The notes beneath the pieces were generated by a model, which saw only the letters and a program-made list of their open reading frames with translations, had not been told where the DNA came from and made no database searches. The position numbers and the translations under genes are program-made. Positions 38,366 through 50,300 of a DNA stretch of 64,000 nt are shown piece by piece. Position 1 is the first letter of the stretch; each line of letters begins with the position of its first letter. The stretch is from Malacoraja senta (taxonomy: Eukaryota), in contig CM075981.1 of assembly GCA_038087875.1 (NCBI GenBank), positions 1,364,001 to 1,428,000 of the forward strand. Reading direction: 5' to 3'.

Positions 38366-39753
38366 GCTGGCTGGAAACTTGAGTACAACACAAAATGCTG
38401 GAGTAAGTCTATGGTGTTGGAGGGTGGCATGGTGGTGAAGCGGTAGAGTTGCTGCCTTACAATGCCTGAGAGGCATAATCAAGGACCAGTCCCCCCGGTT
38501 TCTCCCTCTTCTCCACTCTCCCACCAGGCAAGAAGTATGGAGGTTTGAAAACGCACACCTGCAAAGTTAGGGGCATTTTCTTCCCAGCAGTTATCAGGCA
38601 ACTGAACCATCCCCTCACCAGCTAGAGAACGATCCAGACCTCCCATCTACCTCATTGGAGACATTACAACTATCTTTAATCAGACTTTATTGGACTCGAT
38701 CTTGCACTAAACATTATACCCTTTATCCCGAATCTGTATGCTGTGACAGCTTGATTGTAATCGTGTATAGTCTTTTCGCTGATCGGATAGCACACAACAA
38801 AAAGCTTTTCACTGCACCTCGATAAACGTGACAATCATAAACTAAACTAAATTAAAGAAACAACAGTCAATGTTCAAACCAGTGTTAAACTTGGCAGGAC
38901 ATTGACACCCACCACTAGCCACATCTTCCCATCTCCACCACTTTCTGCTTTCTGCAGAGATCGTTTCCTCCGCAACTACCTGGTTAACTCATTACTTCCC
39001 ACTCAAACCATCTCTCCCCAGGTGTAGCAGATGTAACACTTATTGACTGTCCACTGGTTTTGAACAAGGGGTGTTTCCTTCGTAAATCTGTGAGCTGTGA
39101 GTAGTTGAAAACCAATCGGCAGATACATCTACCACTAACAATGCCACTGGCCAGTTCTCACACGCAATTAGTTTAGTTTTAATTTAGTTTAGAGCTACAG
39201 CATGGAAATAAAATCCTTCGATCCACCGAGTCCATGCTGTCCATCGATCACACTTTCATATTAGATCTATGCTATCCCACTTTTTCATCCACTTGCTACA
39301 CATTAAGGGCAATTTACCAAGGCCAATTAACCCACAAACCCACACGTCTTTGTGACGTAGGAGGAATCCGGAGCACCCGGACGAAACCCACTTCATCACA
39401 GAGAGAATATGAAAACTCCTTACAGACAGCACCTGTAGTCTGGATTGAACCTGGGTCTCTAATGCTGTAAGGCAGCAACTCCATGCTGCGCAACTGTTGG
39501 GTTGAGTTGGGTTTATTCTTTATCCAGCATCACAATCATTGGTCATTATCGCACTGCTGTTTGTGGAACTTGCTGTGGGAAGTTTGGCTTTGGTGTTTAC
39601 AACATTACAGCAATGTCTGCACTCCATTCACTGGGCTTGACATATCCTGAGCTCATGAAAGATACCTTGCAGATGTTAAACTTTTGTTCTTTACCAAAGG
39701 ATAGGAATCAATGATGAAACAAGAGTAATCTTTTTGCTTTCTCTGTCCCATAG

Positions 39754-39839
39754 ACACATAATTGTGCTCAGTATTGCTGGAGTTCTTCTCGTCCTACTCT
39801 TTGTTGGTCTACTTTGGTGCCTAAAGCGTAGACAAAGGA
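39754..39839 (+). CDS. Gene B transmembrane exon (open) HIIVLSIAGVLLVLLFVGLLWC-LKRRQR
   Basis: cccatag acceptor, A|GTGAGT donor, phase 2 to 1, paralogous to 10998-11086, no charged TM residue. Confidence 0.85.
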
Positions 39840-40620
39840 GTGAGTTTCCATGTTTCCTTCATCCTTTCTTGATGTATGTGATCATTTCTTGCAGAGAGAG
39901 AGAGAGAGATACAGCACGGAAACAGGCCCTTTGCCACACCAAGTTCACGCTGACTATCACCCATCGCTTTATTCTAGTCCTACAATAATCTTATCCAGTC
40001 TGAAGAAGGGTCCCAGCCTGAAATGTCACCCACCTTTTTCGTCCAGAGATGCTGCCTGGTCCACTGAGTTACTACTTTGTATCTATCTTTGGTGTTTTTA
40101 AAGCTTAGATTGACGGGTTCTTGATTAATGGGCTAATCAATCGTGGGGGATCACTTTTTCCCTCTCCATTCTCCTGCCATCTCCCCTTAAACTTTGAAGT
40201 CCCTATTAATCAAGAAGGGTCCTTTCTGATCCTTTTGGAACTTTCAGTGCAGTAACCTGACCAGAATTGTGCTGCTTGCAGTGAGTTGGGCCTGTGGTGC
40301 CCCTGTGGTTCTCATGAATCAAAGAGTAGGAAGGAACGTCAGATGCTGGTTATACCCCAAAGATAATCTCAAGATGCTGGAGTAAATCAGCGGGACAGGC
40401 ATCTCTGGAGAGAACAGTCTGAAGATGGGTCTCAACCAGAAACGTCATCCATTCCTTCTCTCTAGAGATGCTGCCTGTTCCGCTGAGTTACACCAGCATT
40501 TTGTGTCCATCTTCAGTTTAAGCCAGCATCTGCAGTTCCTTCCTACTCTATATGCAGCAAGATGGCTGGTTAGAAATGTGCCTGACATGCTCCTTTCAAT
40601 GTTAACAATGTGTTTTCCAG

Positions 40621-40667
40621 AATCAGAGGGGAACAAACCTCCCAGAGCATATAACAATGAAATGCAG
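40621..40667 (+). CDS. Gene B cytoplasmic exon 1 (KSEGNKPPRAYNNEMQ)
   Basis: gttttccag acceptor, CAG|GTAAAG donor, 47 nt, phase 1 to 0. Confidence 0.8.
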
Positions 40668-41715
40668 GTAAAGTATGAATTCTCCGAGTATTTGAGAACT
40701 TACAACATTCTGTAATTCAACCTCACAAATCTGCTTCAATGGTTCTATGGTTCCTTTATTATCAAATGTGTCAAGGTCCATCAAGGTTATTTTATGCATA
40801 CAGATCAGATGATTATTTCAAAGGAACGGAGTGCTAATTGTGGATGATCAGCCATGATCACAGTGAATGGCGGTGCTGACTGGAAGGGCCGAATGGCCTA
40901 CTCCTGCACCTATTGTCTATTGAAACATAAGTACAATGTGTATATCATGCATAGAAACCCACTGAGTCTGTACGCGAGAGTTGTCAGGTGTTGGCGGCAT
41001 TTCACAGTCCCAACTGCAGCTGGCCATAAAGGCCTGTTATGCTTCCCGCAGCCAACCTTGATGGTGTGGAAGGTAAGACCTCCCCGCTTCCTTCTTACCG
41101 GCCCTTTGACCCGCGTCTGCTGCCGTTGCGGGTTCCCTCCATCACCTCACCGAGTCCCGGTCTTCGGGAGCAAACAGGGGCTGGAAACAGCAACTTCCCT
41201 CCACTGGTTCCACGGCGGTCGAGCCATCTCCACTACTCCCGCCTGCCTGAGTTTGGCCCACATCCCTCCAAACATCCTATCCATGTACCTATCTACATGT
41301 TTCTTAAACATTGCGACAGTCCCTGCCTCAACAACCTCCTCCAGCAGCTCGTTCCATATACCCACCACACTTTGTGTAAAAAAGTTACCCCTCGGGTTTC
41401 TATTAAATCTTTCCCCCCTCATCATAAACCTATATCATCTGGTTCTCGATTCCCTTACTCTGGGCAAAAGACTGTGTGCGTCGACCCGATCTTTTCTTCT
41501 CATTATGTTATACACCTCTATAAGATCACACCTCATCCTTCTGTGCTCCAAGGAATAACGTCCTAGCCTGCTCAACCTCTCCCTCTAGCTCAGGCCCTCG
41601 AGTCTGGGCAACATCCTTGAAATCTTCTCAGCACCCTTTCCAACTTGACAGCATCTTTCCTATAACATGATGACTAAAATTGAACACAAACCTTGGTTTC
41701 TCTTTTGTATTTCAG

Positions 41716-42137
41716 GAATGCCAGCAGGAAACGGGAGCATCGTGTATGCAACACTGTCAGGCATGCAAAGCAACAAGGAAGCTGCCCATTGTTCTAATCA
41801 ATATCAAACTGTGTATGCAAGAGCGCAATTTCAAAGTAAATCGACAGGGTCTTCTTCTTCTTCTTTCGTGTGGCGTGCACAGCCTAAAGTTATGTACAAC
41901 TTGTTCTATTTGATATTCCGTTTGTGCACGTCGAGTTGATTGCATTAGTCGAAACAGGGCGGACCACGTGAAGGTTGCAATCTTCCACCCCGACATGGTC
42001 TCACTCCAGTACTGAGGAGGACAATGTCCCCTTCTCAGAAGTTACATCTCACAGCTTCAGGCAAATTGCCCGTCAGAAAGATCGTTCTCACAATCCACAG
42101 AACTGTGCAGGGTATTTATGCCACTGTGACTTTTTAG
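41716..42137 (+). pseudogene. Gene B terminal ITIM exon, frameshifted and interrupted
   Basis: Intact acceptor, but a 1-nt deletion near the start puts IVYATL/TVYARA out of frame; 139-bp insertion at 41853-41991; a further 2-nt deletion before the last Tyr motif. Confidence 0.82.
41853..41991 (-). mobile_element. Short non-LTR retroelement tail inserted in the gene B tail exon
   Basis: (GAA)n tail on the minus strand; imperfect 10-bp TSD GACAGGGTCT (41843) / GACATGGTCT (41992). Confidence 0.7.
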
Positions 42138-42339
42138 ATTAACCATTGAGTAATTGATTGATTGATTGATACTTTATTACCACATGTGACATGTCACGGT
42201 GATAATTCATTTGTTTTGCGTACCATAAACAAGGTATACAAAGAGTCACTATGTATAGGGTGCCGACTGTTACAAACTATTCATTACAGTCCCTATTGGT
42301 CCCCCTTTCTTCTCGGCTCCCCCCCACTCCATGTACCCC

Positions 42340-42575
42340 ATTGTTAACCCCCCCACGCCATGTTCCCCTTTGTTAACCCACACCCACCCCCCACTCCATG
42401 TCCCCCTTTGTTAACACCCCCCCCCCACGCCATGTCCCCCTTTGTTTACACACACCCCCCCCCCACTCCATGTCCCACTTTATTAACACCCCACCTCACG
42501 CCATGTCCCCCTTTGTTAACCCACCTCACGCCATGTCCCCCTTTGTTAACCCACCCCACCCCACGCCAGGTCCGC
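42340..42575. repeat. C-rich minisatellite (CCATGTCCCCCTTTGTTAAC plus C-run); paralog about 47535-47705
   Basis: About 7 imperfect units with variable C-run length. Confidence 0.85.
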
Positions 42576-43884
42576 TATGTTCTCGGCAGCCCCCTACCTG
42601 GACCAGTGTTGTTTGTTGCCCCATCTTTACGCCATGGTCGCATTGAGGTTTCTCTGCTGTAATCGACACATCTACTTACTTTAAAGAAGCCTCTCGACCC
42701 GAAACGTCACCCATTCCTTCTTTCCAAAGACGCTGCCTGCCCGCTAAGTTACTTCAGAACGTTGTCACTTTTTATTTGCAAACCAGCTTCAGCAGTTCCT
42801 CATTTTTCCACTCCCTTCCTTGTTCCCAATGATCATAAATTGCCATTAAATTACTGAATCTGGGTTAGCTATGCAAATAGCAGCCACTTTGCTCAATGCA
42901 TTGAATGATGCAGTCTCCTTCCTCACACCCATCCCCAACATAGACTGAGAGGAGTTATGTTACAGTGCAAACATCTTCTCTCTACAACTAAAGGTTGTGG
43001 GTTCAAATCTCATCACAGCACCTGAGCAAGTAACCCACCTGAACACTTGAGTGCAGAATGAGCGAGTGTATCGATCTACAAGGCACCTCCTGCATCGCAG
43101 GAGACACAGAAAAAAAGGAAACAAAAGTTGGAGATGGCAAATATTGTATATTGAAGATAATGAATATGTACTTGTGCAGAGAATGTTTCTACTTCCAGGA
43201 AAAGCCACGCTGAGATCATGTTGAATATTGAGATTAATAAGACACAATAAAGCATTTTTTTCTCTTCACGTGATAATTTTTCACTCGAGAGTCAAGGGTG
43301 TTTTATTGTCATATGTCCCGAAATAGAACAATGACATTCTTACTTGCACTAGCACAACAGGTTTGTAAACAGTGTTTCGGAGTCAGTTTCAGTTTAGTTT
43401 ATTGTCACGTGTACTGAGGTACAGTGAAAAGGTTTTGGTGCGTGCTAACCAGACAGCAGAAAGACAATACATGCTTACAATTGAGCCATTACAGCGTATA
43501 GATATATGATAATGGAATAACGTTTAGTGCTATGTTAAGCCAGCAAGTGCTCAATGGTTAAAATAACAAGCAAACAAAGCAATAAATCCACAAATTTAAA
43601 AAATAGTGCCTATTGGGATCCATATTCAAACCACTCCAAAAGCCCTGGGTTATGAGCTGCATGAGCTGCATGACAGGATGAGCTCTGAAGAGGATATAGA
43701 GAGTCATTGTGGAATGCAGTTGGGTTAAGTGAATGCATAAAGATGTGGGAATTGCAACATACAAGACAACAGGTGAAGAAAGCAGAAATGCTGAACGGTT
43801 TTGTAAACGGCAAGAGAATGAAATATCTTCATGTTTAGTTTAGAGATACAGCGTGGAAACAAGCCCATCGCCCCACCGAGTCTG

Positions 43885-44165
43885 CACCACCTTTGCGGCG
43901 ACTGGCTGCGATGGCCTCAAACTGGCCCCGACCTCGGGTGGACTAGGAGGAGGAGGACTGGACATTTTAGTGCCTTCCCTCACAGTGGAGAGTGTAGATT
44001 CTACTGTGGGGGGATGTTCGTGTTGAATTTCTTATAGTGTGTTGTGTCATTTTTTCTACCTCTTTTTATTATTTGTATGGATAGTCTTCCCTGTAAAGCA
44101 CTTTGGCTTTTGATTGAAATCGACTGAAAAGTGCTATATAAATAAACTTACTTTACTTTACTTTA
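43885..44165 (+). mobile_element. L2-type 3' tail fragment
   Basis: GTAAAGCACTTTG..AAAGTGCTATATAAATAAA plus (CTTTA)n; absent from the other two paralogous blocks. Confidence 0.6.
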
Positions 44166-47077
44166 CCAGGAATTAACACTTCCCCAGACACACTGGTGAC
44201 ACTTTACAATTTTACCAAGCCAATTATCCTGCAGCTGTATGTCGTTCGGAAAGGAGTAAACCGGAGATCTCGAAGCAAATCCAGGTGGTCACGGGAAGAA
44301 TGTACATACTCTTTACAGACAGCACCCGTAGTCGGGATCAAAGGTAAACAAAAGTGCTGGATAAACTCAGTGAGTACAGCAGCATCTATGAAGCGAAGGA
44401 AATAGGCAACGTTTCGGGCCGAAACCATTCTTCAGACCTGGGACTCTGGCGCTGCAGGCGTTGTAAGGCAGCAACTCCATCGCTGCTCCACCGTGCTGTG
44501 GAGCAGAAGGGCCCAGATATCCCTGTACATGAATCATTGAAAGTTGACCAACAGTGCAGATATTAGGAAGGCAAACAGCATGTAGGAAATTGTTGCAAGA
44601 AATTTGACACTTTGGTTCAATTATATAGGGTTCTGTTGAGACTGCATCTGGAAAGTTTTGTAGGTCTGGTCTCTATACTTGATGATGGATATACTTGCAA
44701 ATAGCGCAGTCAAGATTCAACAGAGCTGCTGCCTCACAGCACCAGAGGCCCAGGTTCAATCCTGACTATAGATTCAGTCTGTGAAGATTTTGCATATCCT
44801 CCCAGTGACTGTGTGGGTTTTCTCTGGGTGCTCTAGTTTCCTCCGGCATTCCAAAGTTTTGTAGGTTGATTGGCTTCTGTAAATTCTCCCCAGTGTGTAA
44901 GGTATGAAAGTAGGATCACATAGAACTAATACAAAGGTGATAGATGGTCAGCATAGTGGGCCAATGAGCCGGTTTCAACTGTATTTAAACTAAACTAAAA
45001 ATTCAGCAGTCTATACTCTGAAGAAGAAGGGTCTTGACCCGAAACATCACCTATTCCTTTTCTCCGGAGATGCTGCCTGACAAGCTGAGTTACTCCAGCT
45101 GTTTGTGGCTAATTTTGAGGAGATTCTACTGCTTGTGCATCTGCCTCGCAGCTCTAGTCGTCTGGGTCCAATTCCAAACGTCATCGCTTTCTGTGTTAAA
45201 TTTGCATGTTCTCCATGTGACAGCATTGTTATCGTCTGGATTCTCCAGTGTCCTCCCACATTCCAGAGCATGCTTGGTGGTAGGATAATTGGCCACTGTA
45301 ACATGCAAGAGAATAGGTGAAGGGATGTAGGATGGGGACAGATGAATGGGATAACTCCCAAAGCTGGTAAGGAATCGATGGGCCTAATGGGCTCAATATA
45401 TCAATAGGGTTTGACAGGGTAGCTGCAGGGATCAAGCTTCCCCTGTTTATAAGGTGCATTTGACTCAAAATGAGAGGTCAGTCATTCAAGAATGGAACAA
45501 GAAGAAGCCTCTTTACAAAGAACGTGGTGAATCTTCGAAGGTCTCTCACCAAAGGGCATCGAGGCTCAATCACAGTAAAAAATCTATATTTTATTAGAAA
45601 TTATAGGAAACAAGGGATATGGAATCAGTTCACAAAAGTGGTGCTGTGTCAGCCATGATGCATTGAGTGGCGGAGTAGATACCAAGGGCCAAATGATCTA
45701 CTGAAGATGGACACAAAGTGTTGGAGTAACTTAGCGGGTCAGGCAGCATCTCTGGAGATAAAGGATAGCTGCCATTTTTGGTCGAGACCCTTCTTCAGAC
45801 TATACTCTTGCTTTATGTTGTGTTCAAACTATGAGCACTGCATGCTATGATTTTTGGCACAGTGCTGTTATCTTAGTTGAATGTTGTTTCGAACAATATA
45901 GGAAGTTAGATTAGATGCTCTGTTTTGTTAACAGCAATACACTGAAGAAGCCCCCAGAGCCTACAAGTTGACAGCTTTTTCTCCATCATCCTGTGGCACC
46001 GTGGCGCAGCTGGTAGAGCTGCTGCCTCACATCGCCAGAGACCCGGGATCCATAAATCTCTCAGCTACTTTGTCAGACATGATTTCACTCTCATAAATGC
46101 ACCATGACCCTGTCCCAATTGATTGCTAAGATCACATTAAACTTTCCTTGAAAAAATGTACGGAAGTGAGACGCTGAAATAATCGATTTTGGATTTTCCC
46201 ATGCGGAGTGTCTCACTTCTCTGTTTTTCTTTCTGAGAAAATATATTTCAAAACACGTCTCCTCCCAGAGATCCTTACTAATTTATTTTGCCGAACCTAA
46301 TGAGTATTGAACTCAGATACAATCATTTGATGACCACTATTAGTTATTTGCTGATTGTGTGTCCAATCGTACACCTACTGTACCAGCGCCAAGACACAAC
46401 TCCAAGCGAAGCTTTCAAGTGGTTAGTAATTCTTATCGCCACACAGGCTGTCTTTAAGGGCAGCAATCTGCCTTGAAATAGATTAAAGTGAGATATAATG
46501 ATTTCATTATCTTCTTTGACCTTTATTAACACAGTGTCTGATTGTATAACAACCTCCCTTCCATTGACTCCATCTACACTACACGTTGCCTTGGCAAGGC
46601 CACCAGCATAATCAGGGATGAGTCACACCCTGGACACTCCCTCTTCTCCCCTCTCCCATCAGCCAAGAGGTACAGAAATGTGAAATGCATATCTCCAGAT
46701 TCAGGGTCAGTTATTCCCAGATGTTATCAGGAAAAACCCATCGGGTTCCTATTAAATCTTTCCCCCCTCATCATAAACCTATATCATCTGGTTCTCGATT
46801 CCCCTACTCTGGGCAAAAGACTCTGTGCGTCTACCCGATCTTTTCCTCGCATGATGTTATACACCTCTATAAGATCACCCCTCATCCTCCTGCGCTCCAA
46901 GGAATAATGTCCTAGCCTGCTAAACCTCTCCCTATAGCTTAGGCCCACGAGTCTGAGCAACATCCTTGCAAATCTTCTCAGCACCCTTTCCAACTTGACA
47001 GCATCTTTCCCATAACATGGTGAATAAAACTGAACACAAATCATCAGACAAACCTTGGTTTCCCATTTGTATTTCAG

Positions 47078-47354
47078 GATTTGCCATCAGGAAAAGGGGG
47101 CATCGTTTATGCAACAATGTCAGACATTCAAGGCAACTAGGAAGCTGCCAATTGATCTAATCAACATCAAAATGTGTATGCAGGAGTGCAATTTCAAAGC
47201 AAATCCACAGGGACACTCCAGTACTGAGGAGGACAGTGTCACCTATTCACATGTTACATCTCAAAGCGTCAGCCAAATTGCCCGTCAGAAAGCTCCTTCT
47301 CCTCACAATCCACAGAACACTGTGCAGGGTATGTATGCCACTGTGACTTCTTAG
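47078..47354 (+). pseudogene. Duplicated B-type ITIM tail exon with stops
   Basis: atttcag|GAT TTG CCA..IVYATM, TAG at 47138-47140, a second TGA, and a 2-nt deletion before VTYSHV..MYATV*. No TM exon upstream within the duplicated unit. Confidence 0.85.
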
Positions 47355-50300
47355 ATAAACCATCGAGTAATTGATTGATTGATTGGTACTTTATTACCAC
47401 ATGTGACATGTCACAGTGATAATTCTTTTGTTTTGCGTACCATAACAAGCTACACAAAGAGTCACTATGTATAGGGCGCCGACAGTTACAAACAATTCAA
47501 CTATTACAGTCCCTATTGGTCCCCCTTTGTTCTCGGCTCGCCCACCCCCCCCCCCCACACGCCCTGTCCCCCTTTGTTAACCCACCCCCCCCACTCCATG
47601 ACCCCCTTTGTTAACCCACACCCCTCCTCGCCAGGTCCACCTTTGTTAACCCACCCCCCCCCCACGCCAGCTCCATCTTTGTTAACACACCCCCACTCCA
47701 CGCCAGGTCCGCTATGTACTCGGCAGCCCCCTACCTGGACCAGTGTTGTTTGTTGCCCCATCTTTACGCCATGGTTGCATTGAGGTTTCTCTGCTGTAAT
47801 CGACACATCTATTTACTTTGACGAAGAGTCTCGACCTGAAACGTCACCCATTCCTTCTCTCCAGAGATGCTGCCTGACCCGTTAAATTATTCCAGAACTG
47901 CGTCTCTTTTTTTTTGCAAACCAGCTTCTGCAGTTCCTCATTTTTCCACTCCCTTCCTTGTTCTCAATGATCAGCAATTGCAATTAAATTACTGAATCTG
48001 GGTCAGCTTTACAAATTGCAGTCATTTTGCTCAATGCATTGAATGATGCAGTCTCCTTCCTCACACCCGTCCCCAACATAGACAGAGAGGAGTTCTGTTA
48101 CACCAAAAACATCTTCTCTCTACAACCAAAGGTTGTGGGTTCAAATCTCATCACAGCACCTGAGCAAGTAACCCATCTGAACACTTGAGTGCAGAACGAG
48201 TGAGTGTGTCGATTTACAAGGCATCTCCTGCAAATCAGGTCCAACAGAAAAAAAGGAAACAAAAGTTGGAGATGGCAAATATTGTATATTGAAGATAATG
48301 AATGTGTACTTGGCAGAGAATGTTTCTGCTTCCAGGAAAAGCCACGCTGAGATCATGTTGAATATTGAGATTAATAAGACACAATAAAGCTTTTTTTCTC
48401 TTCACGTGAGTCAAGGGTGTTTCATTGTCATATGTCCCGAAAAGGAACAATGACATTCTAACGTTTAGTGCTAGGTTAAGCCAGCAGGTGCTCAATGGAT
48501 AAAATAACAAGCAAACAAAACAAGTTCAACAAATAAAAAAAATTGTGCCTATTGGAATCCAAATTCAAACCACTCCAAAAGCCCTGGGTTATGAGCTGCA
48601 TGTTAGGGTGAGCTATGAAGAGGATATAGAGTGTCATTGTGGAATGCAGTGAATGCACAACGATGTGGGAAATGCAACATATGAGACAAGAGGGGGAGAA
48701 AGCAAAAATGCTGAACGGTTTTATACACGGCAAGGGATTGAAAGGTCTTCATGTTTAGTTTACAGATACAGCGTGGAAATAGGCCCTTCGGCCCACCGAT
48801 TCTGCACCATCAGCAATTAACACTACCCCACACACACTGGGGACAGTTTACAATTTTACCAAGCCAATTATCCTGCACCTGTAGGTCGTTGCGGAAAGGA
48901 GTAAACCGGAGATCTTGAAGCAAACCCGCGTGGTCACGGGGAGAACGTACATACTCTTTACAGACAGCACCCGTAGTCAGGATCAAACCTGGGTCTCTGG
49001 CGCTGTAGGCGTTGTAAGGCAGCAACTCCACCGCTGCGCCACTGTGCTGTGGAGCAGAAGGGCCCAGATATCCCTGTACATGAATCATTGAAAGTTGACC
49101 AACAGTGCAGATATTAGGAAGGCAAACAGCATGCAGGCAATTGTTGCAAGAAATGTTAGAGCAAGCATAGTGACACTTTGGTTCAAATATATAGGGTTCT
49201 GTTGAGACTGCATCTGGAATGTTTTGTAGCTCTGGTCTCTATACTTAATGATGGATATACTTGCAAATAGTGCAGTCAAGATTCAACACAGCGGCTGCCT
49301 CATCACACCAGAGGCCCAGGTTCAATCCTGACTATAGGTTCTGTCTGTGAAAAGTTTGCACATCCTCCCTGTGACTGTGTGGGTCTTCTCCGGGTGCTCT
49401 GGTTTCCTCCCACATTCCAAAGTTTTGTAGGTAGATTGGCTTCAATAAATTCTCCCCAGTGTGTAAGATGTGAATGTGGGATCACATAGAACTACTACAA
49501 ATGTGATAGATGGTCAGCATAGTGGGCCAAAGAGCCGGTTTGAACACGGTATTTAAACTAAACTAAACATTCAGCAGCCTGTACTCTGAAGAAGAAGGGT
49601 CTTCACCCGAAACGTCACCTATTCTTTTCTCCGGAGATGCTGCCTGACAAGCTGAGTTCCTCCAGCTATTTGTGGCTAATTTTGAGGAGATTCTACTGCT
49701 TGTGCATCTGCCTCACAGCTCTAGTCGTCAGGGTCCAATTACAAACGTCATTGCTTTCTGTGTTAAACTTGCATGTTCTCCCTGTGACAGCATTGTTATC
49801 GTCTGCATTCTCCAGTGTCCTCCCACATCCCAGAGCATGCTAGGTGGTTGGATAACTGGCAACTGTAACATGCAAGAGAATAGGTGAAGAGATGTAGGAT
49901 GGGGACAGATGAATGGGATAGCTCCCAAAGCTGATAAGGAATCGATGGGCCTAATGGGCTCAATATATTAACAGGGTTTGATAGGGTAGCTGCAGGGATG
50001 AAGCTTCCCCTGTTTATAAGGTGCATCTGACTCAAAATGTGAGGTCAGTCATTCAAGAATGGGACAACAAGAAGCCTCTTAACAAAGAACGTGGTGAATC
50101 CTCGAAGATCTCTCACCAGTAGGCCATCGAGGCTCAATCACAATAAAAATCAATATTTTTATTAGAAATTATAGGAAACAAGGGATATGGAATCAGTTCA
50201 CAAAAGTGGTGCTGTGTCAGCCATGATGCATTGAGTGGCGGAGTAGATACAAAGGGCGAAATGATCTACTGAAGATGGACACAAAGTGTTGGAGTAACTT

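Larger units (their letters stand above)
41392..46740 (+). repeat. Tandem duplication unit (about 5.35 kb), repeated from 46741
   Basis: 46741 TCGGGTTCCTATTAAATC restarts the sequence of 41392; colinear through the tail exon, minisatellite and intergenic block to about 51310. Confidence 0.88.

Noticed and set aside
10998-39839. Activating (DAP12/FcRgamma-coupled) partner receptor
   Set aside because: Neither TM exon has a Lys/Arg within the membrane span; no activating member is visible in this window.
47055-47354. 99-aa ORF ending in VTYSHV..MYATV as an intact tail
   Set aside because: The upstream cytoplasmic exon type ends in phase 0; this frame is reached only through a frameshift, and the true entry frame stops at 47138.
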